Below are positions 51,040-60,078 of a stretch of DNA of 64,000 nt, one piece after another. Under the pieces are notes generated by a model. It was not told where the DNA came from, ran no database searches, and saw only the letters and a list, made by a program, of their open reading frames with translations. The stretch lies in the NCBI GenBank assembly GCA_963703315.1, contig OY969811.1, positions 2,688,001-2,752,000 of the forward strand. Direction: 5' to 3'. The DNA is from an uncultured cyanobacterium (GTDB lineage Bacteria; Cyanobacteriota; Cyanobacteriia; Pseudanabaenales; Pseudanabaenaceae). Both the position numbers and the translations under genes were made by a program. The stretch's first letter is position 1, and every line of letters begins with the position of its first letter.

Positions 51040-51849
51040 ATGCTAAATATTGAATGGATATTGTTATACATCGCGTTGGGCGGCTTTGTTGGTTTTATGG
51101 GAGGCTTGCTCGGTGTTGGTGGTGGTGGAATCTTAGTTCCTCTCCTAGCATCAATTCTTGTTTACCAAGGTATCGGTGGAGATGAAGTAGTCCATTTGTC
51201 CTTGGGAACATCATTGATGTGCATGATCATTTCTTCCATCGCAAGTACTCGCGCACATTCATCTCGAAAAGCTGTAGTGTGGAAAGTCGTTGGCGGAATG
51301 GCTCCTGGAATTATTCTCGGCGCTCTCCTAACTACCCAAGTTGCGGCAACCCTCAAATCAGCTTACATTGCGCTTTTTATGGCACTTTTCATGGTGCTTG
51401 TAGCAGTGCAAATGTTTGTTAATTGGAAACCGAAACCTAGCTTGAAGCCAATTACATTTCGCGGATTACTGACAGTTGGAGTTGCGATCGGCTCGGTATC
51501 AGCACTAGCCGCAGTGGGCGGCGGTTTTCTCACAGTTACCTACTTGAGCTATAAGAATATCGTCATGAAAAGAGCAGTTGGCACTTCAGCCGCAATTGGA
51601 CTTCCGATCGCTATTTCAGGAACGATTGGTTACATGATTAGCGGCTGGTCTAAGACATTGAGCGCTCCCTATACTATTGGATTCATTTACTTACCAGCAT
51701 TTTTGGCAATATCGATTGCCAGTTCTATTGCTGCTCCTTATGGCGCTCGCTGCTCACATCGTTTACCTGAGGCTTATTTAAAAAAGATATTTGCAGTTAT
51801 CTCACTCATCTTAAGCTTAACGATGCTACGCTCATTTGTTAAATTTTGA
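51040..51849 (+). CDS. TauE/SafE (TSUP) family exporter
   Basis: GLLGVGGGGILVP, GTSL, AVGTSAA; multiple TM segments. Confidence 0.88.
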   Translation: MLNIEWILLYIALGGFVGFMGGLLGVGGGGILVPLLASILVYQGIGGDEVVHLSLGTSLMCMIISSIASTRAHSSRKAVVWKVVGGMAPGIILGALLTTQVAATLKSAYIALFMALFMVLVAVQMFVNWKPKPSLKPITFRGLLTVGVAIGSVSALAAVGGGFLTVTYLSYKNIVMKRAVGTSAAIGLPIAISGTIGYMISGWSKTLSAPYTIGFIYLPAFLAISIASSIAAPYGARCSHRLPEAYLKKIFAVISLILSLTMLRSFVKF

Positions 51850-51863
51850 ACTAGAAGTATCGC

Positions 51864-52505
51864 CTAAATACTCAAATCACCAATATAAGACCCAATTTGC
51901 TTAAGTCCTTGCAAAACCTGAACACGTTCCATTGTGTTTTCGAGTAATCGATAAGTATGCGATCGCGTATATTGAGGGATATTTTGGTGGCGATCGCACT
52001 TCAAAAACAATACTTCTCTTCCATTTGTAACCATTCCATAGCAACTTGACTGTAAATTAGGAGCGCTCAACAAATAAGTAAGTGCTTGGGGAATTCCTGC
52101 CGTAACGTCTAACCTTGCAGGTTTTGATTCAATTACCAAAATCCAAAAGCTATCTTGGATTACCAAAATATCAATTCGACCTTGAACTGCCATAGCATTA
52201 GATTCATCCGCAACTTCGATATTAGTACTTACTTCTGCTTTTACCAAAAAAGGAAATTGATAGAAACCCGCCAAATCTAGCAATGGTGATATAACCACAA
52301 GCTTAACAATTTCTTCGAGGGGTGGTTCCTCTTGACTGAGATAGGTATAGTTGCGAGTGAGGCGATCTAGTCCTTGTAGTTCCGCCTCGGTTAGAGTCGG
52401 CGCATTATTTAACCATTCATCAAAAAAGCGATCGCTAGAGTTGAGTCTCAAGCCAAAGGTTTGACGGAGATTGCCAAGGGTAAGGCTACTAGCATTTGTA
52501 ATCAC
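51864..52505 (-). CDS. Type I restriction enzyme R N-terminal-like (PD-(D/E)XK) protein
   Basis: GRIDILV...IESK...Q..TY, GMVTNG; GTG start. Confidence 0.75.
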   Translation of the reverse strand: MITNASSLTLGNLRQTFGLRLNSSDRFFDEWLNNAPTLTEAELQGLDRLTRNYTYLSQEEPPLEEIVKLVVISPLLDLAGFYQFPFLVKAEVSTNIEVADESNAMAVQGRIDILVIQDSFWILVIESKPARLDVTAGIPQALTYLLSAPNLQSSCYGMVTNGREVLFLKCDRHQNIPQYTRSHTYRLLENTMERVQVLQGLKQIGSYIGDLSI

Positions 52506-52589
52506 GGTTAAATCCTTTAAGTAATTACATGAAGTTTAGAAGTCTAGGCATTTGATCTAGGCGCTAATACCTAATATACGATAAAAATT

Positions 52590-52630
52590 GCGATCGCCTA
52601 ATAATCACGACTCACAGTAATAGCGATCGC
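52590..52630 (+). repeat. HIP1-anchored module A
   Basis: GCGATCGCCTAATAATCACGACTCACAGTAATAGCGATCGC. Confidence 0.85.
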
Positions 52631-52722
52631 TTTATATTTGCTAAATGATGATTGAATGAAATATGAATAACCTAACCCCGCAGTCTTCTTTAACTCGATT
52701 AAATTTTTGTTAGCCTTTATCT

Positions 52723-53181
52723 ATGGAAACAACTCCTAAAAACATCAACCTCGAACCAGAACTAGCCCTAGCTCTTGATTTAGACTTGGTGCGTCAACAG
52801 CTAGCAACTCGCGCCCAAAATCTGGCGATTCCCCAAATCGAAAAACATTTATTTCTATGTGCTGACCAAACCAAACCCCTCTGCTGCCAAAAGGAAGTGG
52901 GATTGCAAGCATGGGACTATCTAAAACGACGCATCAAGGAACTCAACTTAGAAGCAAAAATCTTTCGGACTAAGACTAACTGCTTGCGTGTATGCGATCG
53001 CGGACCGATTTTATTAGTCTATCCAGATGGTGTTTGGTATCATTCGGCAACCACAGAGATTTTAGAAAGGATACTCCAAGAGCATATTATTGGTGGCAAC
53101 ATCGTTATAGATTACGCCTTTGTCTCACCCCAAAAGGGTTCCTCGACTTCGGCGGGAAACCCATCCTGTAAAACGCAATAA
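52723..53181 (+). CDS. Thioredoxin-like [2Fe-2S] ferredoxin
   Basis: [20 protein letters not shown]...VYPDGVWY. Confidence 0.88.
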   Translation: METTPKNINLEPELALALDLDLVRQQLATRAQNLAIPQIEKHLFLCADQTKPLCCQKEVGLQAWDYLKRRIKELNLEAKIFRTKTNCLRVCDRGPILLVYPDGVWYHSATTEILERILQEHIIGGNIVIDYAFVSPQKGSSTSAGNPSCKTQ

Positions 53182-53210
53182 GATACAGCGCTTTGCGCTA
53201 AATTAAAATA

Positions 53211-53261
53211 CAAAGAAATTTTTGAAAGCGCGGCAGAGCCGCGCTTTCAAAAATTTCTTTG
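53211..53261. repeat. Intergenic long-hairpin repeat (24-bp stem)
   Basis: Perfect inverted repeat around GCGCGGC-AGA-GCCGCGC. Confidence 0.8.
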
Positions 53262-53296
53262 GACTACTTCAAGCCTCAACAGCCTGTAGCTATATC

Positions 53297-54652
53297 TTAT
53301 TGCGAGAGTGAAACTTTGCGAGAGTCGAATAACTGAAGTACGGCACTTTTAATCATTGACATCACATGGGGATCACAGCTTGCAATTAGCTCTTCGCGGG
53401 GCAGGTTGCCTTTAAAAAACTCTTTGGAAAGTCTGAGCATTCTTTGCATTTCAGGAAATCCAAGAGATTTCACCATAAAGGTTGCCACAGGAGAATTCCG
53501 CACATCGTAGCTAGAATCAACGCTTCGTCCCTTATCTAATAATTCTAATACTTCCGCTTCGATAGGCGTTGACGGCTGGTGTGGCACTTCAATTTGTGGC
53601 AAGAACTGTTCTAAGCCATCTACGGGATTATCTGATGGTAATTCCCCCATCATTGTTGAGAGTGAAATATCACGTCCAATGCGTAATGATAGTGCTTCTA
53701 GAATGGCGATCGAGGTTAACTTTGTACCTAAGTACAGTCTTGACACTTCCAGATTGTGATTAGTTTGGGCAAGTAGCTTGTAATAGTTTTTTTGATCAGG
53801 TTCATCACGATAACGTCGGAAAACGATTTCAGGCGAAAGGAAGTTCATAAAGCTTTCCATTTTTTGCATGGAAACTCGATAACCATGCACACTATAGGAA
53901 TTAGAATTTTTAAGATCGTGATTTGTTTCAGGAATTAAATTCCAAGTATTGTTGAGAAAAAGCGATGAATTTGGACTAGCAAAGTTTTTTACATCGCGGT
54001 TAGATAGGCGGACGGCTCTCTTGACGATTTCAGCAATATCTTGATCACCCCAGCCAAATTGAAATACTTCATTGGCATTAACTAAACGACCAAATAGGAG
54101 ATCAGAACAAGTTAGACCAGAATCTAGCTGCGGACGAAATGGAATAGTCGCTTCAATACAAGCTGTAATCTCGGCAAGCTTGTTGAGAGGCAACATATTT
54201 TCTAGGACTTTGATCGCAATGATGGCACTCAGAAATTCATTTTGCCCAGACATCGGTAATAAGGGCTGTCCATGCTCAAAGCCAAATAGCATCGATACCA
54301 TTTTGAAAATGATATCTTCTTGCAGTTCAGGGGCTTCGAGAATTACCAGTTGCTCACGGTCTTCTTTGATGTAGGGAGAAATGTAGCGACTGATATTGAC
54401 ACTAATACCTTGATCAACCTGTACATACACCAGATCATGAAATATTGCTGATATGACTTCGATCGCGTCTCCCCCTTCACCCACCTCAAAAATATGGTTG
54501 GGTGTGTGAAACGATCGCCAAGGACCAGTCATCGTTTGAATGATCAAATTGGAGATTTTAGTCAACTGTTCTTGGTCAACATGACCTTGCAAGTCGGCGA
54601 TCGCTTGCGTGAGGCGGTCTAGACATTTCTGTTTATCCGTTGCAGTACTCAT
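53297..54652 (-). CDS. Conserved hypothetical protein (possible HD-fold hydrolase)
   Basis: FHT..H and FHD motifs; start at ATG 54652. Confidence 0.65.
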   Translation of the reverse strand: MSTATDKQKCLDRLTQAIADLQGHVDQEQLTKISNLIIQTMTGPWRSFHTPNHIFEVGEGGDAIEVISAIFHDLVYVQVDQGISVNISRYISPYIKEDREQLVILEAPELQEDIIFKMVSMLFGFEHGQPLLPMSGQNEFLSAIIAIKVLENMLPLNKLAEITACIEATIPFRPQLDSGLTCSDLLFGRLVNANEVFQFGWGDQDIAEIVKRAVRLSNRDVKNFASPNSSLFLNNTWNLIPETNHDLKNSNSYSVHGYRVSMQKMESFMNFLSPEIVFRRYRDEPDQKNYYKLLAQTNHNLEVSRLYLGTKLTSIAILEALSLRIGRDISLSTMMGELPSDNPVDGLEQFLPQIEVPHQPSTPIEAEVLELLDKGRSVDSSYDVRNSPVATFMVKSLGFPEMQRMLRLSKEFFKGNLPREELIASCDPHVMSMIKSAVLQLFDSRKVSLSQ

Positions 54653-54718
54653 CCAATCATCTCCACATTTAACTTCTTCGTATTTACAGCAGCGTTTCTC
54701 CACTCATTTCAACCACAA

Positions 54719-54814
54719 CTATAGCGTTTCACAGCTTAGTGAAGTACGGGATTGTTTCCCCGCCTTCGGCGGGGAAACAATCCTCTGTATCTCGCTTGCT
54801 TGAAAAGCGCTATA
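54719..54814. repeat. MITE-like element (same family as 49-144)
   Basis: CTATAGCG...TAGTGAAGTACGGG, hairpin, CTCGCTTGCTTGAAAAGCGCTATA. Confidence 0.75.
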
Positions 54815-55014
54815 TGCTAGTAATGATCTAGATAAATTGTGGTAATTGTTTAATGGCTTGACATTATTTGGGTGATTTTTATTAAATCGTAAAGTTTTAA
54901 AGACTCTGTATTGCATGAAACTTAAACTGACCTGTGTGTTTAACTAATGAGATTTGCTGTTTTAGCTCGGATGGGGATCTGATCAGGATAGTTAGCTCTT
55001 TACACTGCACATTC

Positions 55015-55491
55015 TTACATATTAATGGGATTCTCTGAAGATGCCAGAAAGTCTAATATGATCTGACGATGGCTGGGGGCAAGTGGACGATCCTGTAATA
55101 TGCGACGGGAATAGTGACTACCTTGGATAATCTCTTGCGGTGAAAGCAAATCCATGTCGCATCCTTCATTGAGTTCGAGCATATTTAGCCCTACATCTAA
55201 ACAACCATAAAATACATATCTAATTACTTGATCTCCTAAATAGCTGCGAAAAAATCTAATTTCTTGAGGAATATACCCGATTTCTTCTTGAAGTTCTCGG
55301 AGCATACCCATCTCAGGTTTTTCATTTATTTCTAGATGTCCGCCAAACATTGTCCAAACCCCCGGATGTACGATAGTTGGGATGTCATCACGCAGTTGCA
55401 TCAAAAATTGGTTTTGATGCTGCAAAATGGCGATCGCTACTGATCGGATAGTCTCTTCAGCGTTAACCACATCTAGCTCGTTATCCATCAT
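55015..55491 (-). CDS. NUDIX hydrolase
   Basis: QLRDD, GG..E..E......RELQEEIG Nudix box. Confidence 0.88.
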   Translation of the reverse strand: MMDNELDVVNAEETIRSVAIAILQHQNQFLMQLRDDIPTIVHPGVWTMFGGHLEINEKPEMGMLRELQEEIGYIPQEIRFFRSYLGDQVIRYVFYGCLDVGLNMLELNEGCDMDLLSPQEIIQGSHYSRRILQDRPLAPSHRQIILDFLASSENPINM

Positions 55492-55590
55492 TAATTAAGT
55501 TGGAGATTATGTAAATCGTAAGTTTGGCTTGAAATATATTAGTACTTACGCAAAGTAAAAAGGCTCAATATAGCAATACTTGGTTAAGTT

Positions 55591-55641
55591 AGCCCAAAAG
55601 ATTAATAGCGGCGCGAAGCGCCGCTATTAATCTTTTGGGCT
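55591..55641. repeat. Intergenic long-hairpin repeat (24-bp stem, GAA loop)
   Basis: Perfect inverted repeat. Confidence 0.8.
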
Positions 55642-55769
55642 TTATGGAGGCATTTGCGCCGCAAATCTCCAGATGTCATTAATGTTGAGTTTGCGATTAG
55701 CTTTATACAAACTTAGAGTGCGATCGCTGTTACCATCAGTGATAATTTCTGGAAAGGAGTAAGCATTCG

Positions 55770-56732
55770 ATGTCCGCAGTCAATCAGCAAGAAGTTTTGG
55801 CAAGCTTTAAGGTTTTGGTAAGCATGGCAAAAGCCGACGGCAAATTGCTCGAAGAAGAGTTTGCCAGTCTCGCCGATACTTTTGAAGAAATTCATCTGCC
55901 TGAAGGTATGACCGTCGATAGCCTGTTGAATGAAGATGAGCAACCAATCGACACATTACTTTCACAAATTACCAGTGATATCGCACAGGAGATGGTTTAT
56001 CAGTCTGCCTACGCGATGGCAAATATCGATGGAGAGTGTAGTTCCGAAGAAAAAGAACTGTTAGACAAAATTGGGACAACTTTTACCAGTTCAAAACTTT
56101 GGGGCAAACAAGAATGGCTAGAAACCCTAGAGCGCCGTTCTACAAAATCAGCGATCGCTGCACAAATCAGTCAAATTGATGATCCTGAGAAACGGGCGAT
56201 GGAGGTCGAAAATGCGATCACCGATGCTTGTTTTCTTAATGCAGTTTTAGGCGCATTCCCGATCCCCGGAATTGCGATCGCCTTTGATATGTTGATCTAC
56301 TGGAATCAACTCGATCTCGCCCAAACCATTGGTCAAAGCTGGGGCTACGATCGCGACAATGAAAATCTTCGCAAAGCCTTATTTGGAAGCTTAGGGATCA
56401 CAGGAACCCGCATTGCTGTTAGCAATTTAGCCAAGCTCGTTCCTGTCTTTGGCATGGTAGTCGGCGCGACTACTGCTTATGCAAGTACATGGGCGCTAGG
56501 CAAAGTTGCTAATGAATACTTTGCCTCAGGTGGCGAGATGGATGCTTTTAGCTTACGTCAAGCCTTTAAGCAAGCGAAGAAAGAGGGTGAAGCCTTGTAT
56601 AAAACCAAAGCTGATGAAATTGCTGAGAAGAAAAAAGCGATCGAGCCTCAAGTGCAACTGCTCAATGAGGAACTGAAAGCTGGCAGTATTACGCCTGAAG
56701 AATATCAGGAAAAATTGAAAAATCTACTTTAA
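55770..56732 (+). CDS. TerB-like + DUF697-like domain protein
   Basis: MAKADG...EE and ANIDG....EEK; PIPG..FD, LAKLVPVFG. Confidence 0.72.
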   Translation: MSAVNQQEVLASFKVLVSMAKADGKLLEEEFASLADTFEEIHLPEGMTVDSLLNEDEQPIDTLLSQITSDIAQEMVYQSAYAMANIDGECSSEEKELLDKIGTTFTSSKLWGKQEWLETLERRSTKSAIAAQISQIDDPEKRAMEVENAITDACFLNAVLGAFPIPGIAIAFDMLIYWNQLDLAQTIGQSWGYDRDNENLRKALFGSLGITGTRIAVSNLAKLVPVFGMVVGATTAYASTWALGKVANEYFASGGEMDAFSLRQAFKQAKKEGEALYKTKADEIAEKKKAIEPQVQLLNEELKAGSITPEEYQEKLKNLL

Positions 56733-56766
56733 AAAAGAGAGGACGCATAGCGTCCTCTCTTTTTTT
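56731..56766. terminator. Bidirectional terminator
   Basis: A-run, GAGAGGACGC-ATA-GCGTCCTCTC, T-run. Confidence 0.75.
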
Positions 56767-57209
56767 TAGAAACCACCAACCCGAATACCTGCGCCTAAAA
56801 CTACGAATAAGACAGCTAGACTGGTCACTCCCACAATGTGATAAGCCAAAGAGTTTAAAGTCTCTTTAGTGAGATTAGGAATAATGAAAAATCGCGCATG
56901 AATTGCTAAGGCGATCGTTCCTAATAGGAGTAATAGTTTGATGCCGATATAAGTGGAGAGATAGGAATCAAATGCTAGAAAACTCTCGAAATTAGGAAAA
57001 TAAGTCCATGTGAGCCATAGCCCTGTGATCACCTGTAATAGCAGGGCTGCGAGTCCAAATCCTTCAAAATGTTCTTCAAATTGATGAATGCGATCAGGAT
57101 CGCGATGTTTGAGAGCTTGAGGTAAAACGGTTGCTGCTAGTACCAGATGCCCACCTGTCCAGACAGTGGCTCCTAAAATATGCAAAACAACTAAGATTTT
57201 AAATAACAT
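56766..57209 (-). CDS. CopD-family membrane protein
   Basis: LH.LGA.VW.GG, four TM segments. Confidence 0.75.
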   Translation of the reverse strand: MLFKILVVLHILGATVWTGGHLVLAATVLPQALKHRDPDRIHQFEEHFEGFGLAALLLQVITGLWLTWTYFPNFESFLAFDSYLSTYIGIKLLLLLGTIALAIHARFFIIPNLTKETLNSLAYHIVGVTSLAVLFVVLGAGIRVGGF

Positions 57210-57368
57210 GGGGTTATGTCAAGATTTGTTGACTTATGGTTATAGAATTGGCGATCACTTTAAGATTTGGTAAAAATAGATACAAAAATAATTGCATTTT
57301 TATAAGTCTACTTTGGATTTTGACAAAGGGCGATTGATTTCACCAACTTGCATCAAGAGGCGAAAGCT

Positions 57369-57614
57369 ATGAATACAGCGATTGATTGGGATGAAGTATT
57401 TGAATATCCACCCAGAACCATCGTAGAACTCAAAGCAAAGCCAGATGTTTTATACGAGATTGATTGGTATGAGGCGATGATGGTTCCACCGATCTGGTTA
57501 GTGGGCGATCCGCGTCCTCGCTATCCCCACGAATTGCGAATCGTGTCGCGCCTAAAATTACAACTTTGTGATTTAACATTTTGTGATTTAGCGGCGCAAC
57601 CTGCCTTGGTTTAG
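57369..57614 (+). CDS. Small conserved hypothetical protein
   Basis: MMVPPIWL.GDPRPRYP.EL motif. Confidence 0.6.
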   Translation: MNTAIDWDEVFEYPPRTIVELKAKPDVLYEIDWYEAMMVPPIWLVGDPRPRYPHELRIVSRLKLQLCDLTFCDLAAQPALV

Positions 57615-57628
57615 GTTTCAGAAATATA

Positions 57629-57669
57629 GCGATCGCCTAAAAATCAAGACTCAAAGTAATAGCGATCGC
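57629..57669 (+). repeat. HIP1-anchored module A
   Basis: GCGATCGCCTAAAAATCAAGACTCAAAGTAATAGCGATCGC. Confidence 0.85.
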
Positions 57670-57760
57670 CAAAGTCGCACCACCGCTAATATCTCCTACC
57701 TTCCCAAAGTTGAAGTAGGGTCTTGGATATAGAATGTATTTAGTGCTACAGCCTATAGCT

Positions 57761-58018
57761 ATGACTATTAAAGAACAAATTATTCAAGAACTTGATCGCA
57801 TCCCTGAGTCTTATCTGGAGAAAGTGCTTAGTTTTTTGTATTGTTTAGAAACTCCATCGACTCATGATGTTGAGCAGTTAAGCAAGGCGGAAGCAATTAT
57901 CCAAAATGGATTAAATACTGCGCTATCCAAGCCAAAGCGATCGTCATTGGAAATCTGGGCAGAATTTGCATCTATTCGCAATAGAATTTCTGAAAGTATT
58001 GTTGATATGATCGCCTAG
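57761..58018 (+). CDS. Antitoxin-like (DUF2281-like) small protein
   Basis: MTIKEQIIQEL..IP...L..VL.FL; stop codon inside the repeat. Confidence 0.55.
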   Translation: MTIKEQIIQELDRIPESYLEKVLSFLYCLETPSTHDVEQLSKAEAIIQNGLNTALSKPKRSSLEIWAEFASIRNRISESIVDMIA

Positions 58019-58076
58019 AAATTACGACTCAAAGTACAAGCGATCGCCTTTAAGAAATAGATTGTTGATGCGATCG
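58009..58076 (+). repeat. HIP1-anchored module A-B
   Basis: GATCGCCTAGAAATTACGACTCAAAGTACAA, GCGATCGCCTTTAAGAAATAGATTGTTGAT. Confidence 0.8.
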
Positions 58077-58197
58077 TGGGTTGTTGATGTTTGAGTTGGA
58101 GGCGATCAATTTTTGATAAGTTGTTTCAGGCGATCTCTATCAAGCCTATTATTGACAAGTGCGTTACTATTATATTAATTGCTCTAGGTAATTGATT

Positions 58198-58674
58198 ATG
58201 AAATGGGAAGAAGTTTGTGAGAATAAACAGCTACAAGATTTACCATTCAAAATTGAATTAAACAAGTGGGGGCAAATCGTAATGAGTCCAGTCAAAATCA
58301 AGCATTCTTTTCACCAAGGAAGACTCCAGCGTTTATTGGAGTCTTTGTTGAGTAATGGGGAAGTGATGCCAGAATGTGCGATCGACACAACAGACGGTGT
58401 TAAAGTTGCTGATGTTGTCTGGTGTTCTGCGGAAAGATTTGACAAAATTCAGGATGAAGTTTCAGCATCTATTGCCCCAGAAATTTGTATAGAAGTTAAA
58501 TCTATTGGGAATACTTTGGGTGAAATGGAATTCAAGAAAAAGTTGTATTTTGAAGCCCAAGCGCTTGAGGTATGGCTATGTGATGAAAAAGGTAAAATAA
58601 GATTTTATAATGAGCAAGGGGAATTAGAGCAATCTTTGTTAGTCCCTGATTTCCCGAAGCAAATTAAACGATAA
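58198..58674 (+). CDS. Uma2 family (DUF820) endonuclease-fold protein
   Basis: G.IVMSP, VADV.W, APEICIEV.S, Y....A.EVW. Confidence 0.88.
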   Translation: MKWEEVCENKQLQDLPFKIELNKWGQIVMSPVKIKHSFHQGRLQRLLESLLSNGEVMPECAIDTTDGVKVADVVWCSAERFDKIQDEVSASIAPEICIEVKSIGNTLGEMEFKKKLYFEAQALEVWLCDEKGKIRFYNEQGELEQSLLVPDFPKQIKR

Positions 58675-58723
58675 ATTATATTGCTTGTGTTTTAGTTGAT
58701 CGCCTATTCTCTCAAACAAAACA

Positions 58724-58795
58724 GCGATCGCCTTGAGAAGATTGATTGTTAATGCGATCGCCTAAAAATCATAACTCACAGTATATAGCGATCGC
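58724..58795 (+). repeat. HIP1-anchored module B-A
   Basis: GCGATCGCCTTGAGAAGATTGATTGTTAAT, GCGATCGCCTAAAAATCATAACTCACAGTATATA. Confidence 0.85.
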
Positions 58796-58934
58796 ATTGT
58801 CTATATGGAAGATGGTAAATTGATGCCAAATGTTGAAGCTTGTCATTAGAGCGATTGCGATAGCCTACATTAAACTCTTTAGAAAATGAATTGTTGAGGC
58901 GATCGCGAAGTCAAGAAGTTGATAGGCGATCAGG

Positions 58935-59018
58935 GTATAACAAATCATTGAAGCAAGCCAACAGCTATGATTTAGGCAAACTAAAAATGTCTACTCCTGT
59001 TCAATTTAGCCGTTAAGC
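58935..59018 (+). other. attC-like site
   Basis: R'' GTATAAC, 5 bp, L'' ATTGAAGC ... L' GTTCAAT, 6 bp, R' GTTAAGC. Confidence 0.72.
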
Positions 59019-59031
59019 TTTAGGAATACAT

Positions 59032-59649
59032 ATGAGCTTTTTCGATGCATCAGCACTGTTTGTAATCATGGTAACGCTCGCCATGATTCCTAGTACGAGT
59101 GTTGCCTTGGTGATTACACGCTCAGCCACATTAGGCTTTTCAAATGGGGCTGCCGTCTCAATGGGCATTGTACTAGGGGATTTGATTTTCGTATCGTCGG
59201 CAATTTTTGGACTAACGGCTCTGTCGGAACTGATGGGAACCTTCTTTTTAGTAATTAGATACGCTGCTGGCGTTTACCTTATTTGGTTTGGTGTAACCTT
59301 GATCAGAAGTAGAGCGAAAGCGTACTCTCTTCAATCCTATAGCGCTCGGGGCGGAATCGTTGCTAGTTTTTTTGCGGGTCTTTTTGTAACACTTGGTGAT
59401 GTTAAGGCTATATTTTTCTATGCGAGTTTATTTCCAGCATTTGTAGAATTATCGGCACTCAAAACACTAGACATTTTTGTGATTCTATTTGTAACTACAA
59501 TCACAGTTGGTGGTGTCAAGTTGACCTACGCCTTGATCGCCAAGAAAGTGGTGATTATGAGCAAAGGACTAGCAATTGAAAAAGAAGCTAAGTTGGCATC
59601 AGGTGCTCTTATGGTTGGCACTGGAACTTATCTCATTGCAAAAGTTTAA
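59032..59649 (+). CDS. LysE/RhtB family translocator (gene cassette)
   Basis: P......VI.RS...G...G.....G...GD; YL.W.G; flanked by attC-like sites. Confidence 0.88.
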   Translation: MSFFDASALFVIMVTLAMIPSTSVALVITRSATLGFSNGAAVSMGIVLGDLIFVSSAIFGLTALSELMGTFFLVIRYAAGVYLIWFGVTLIRSRAKAYSLQSYSARGGIVASFFAGLFVTLGDVKAIFFYASLFPAFVELSALKTLDIFVILFVTTITVGGVKLTYALIAKKVVIMSKGLAIEKEAKLASGALMVGTGTYLIAKV

Positions 59650-59713
59650 CAAAGCATTGTAACGGACAAGCCTCTGAATGCGTCATTATACTGAAACTAT
59701 ACGACCGTTAAGG
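59644..59713 (+). other. Degenerate attC-like site
   Basis: R'' GTTTAAC overlapping the LysE stop, R' GTTAAGG; L boxes pair poorly. Confidence 0.55.
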
Positions 59714-59821
59714 GTGTCTGTTTCTAGTCGAGATTAGGTAAGCAAAAATGGTTGGCTTTGTTGTTGAGTACAGAGTAGTTATCTGCGATCACCAAGCATA
59801 AGTAATTGATAAGTGATCGCA

Positions 59822-59909
59822 GCATAACAAAACATTGGAGCGGATAGAAGCGTGATATTTTGGTGTTGAGTTGAAGGCGATCTATTGTCGCTCAATTCAG
59901 CCGTTATGC
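59822..59909 (+). other. attC-like site
   Basis: R'' GCATAAC, 5 bp, L'' ATTGGAGC ... L' GCTCAAT, 6 bp, R' GTTATGC; extrahelical G. Confidence 0.8.
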
Positions 59910-60028
59910 TCAATCGCGAAGTCCGTAAGTGAATGGTTTCTAGCCAAGATTGAGCAAGCAAATATCACCGACTTCGATGTTCAGTTCCGAGAAGTTATCG
60001 GCGATCGCAAAAACAAATAATTATTTAA

Positions 60029-60068
60029 CGATCGCCTAGAAATCATAACTCACAGTAATAGCGATCGC
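60029..60068 (+). repeat. HIP1-anchored module A
   Basis: CGATCGCCTAGAAATCATAACTCACAGTAATAGCGATCGC. Confidence 0.85.
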
Positions 60069-60078
60069 TTAATTCTAA

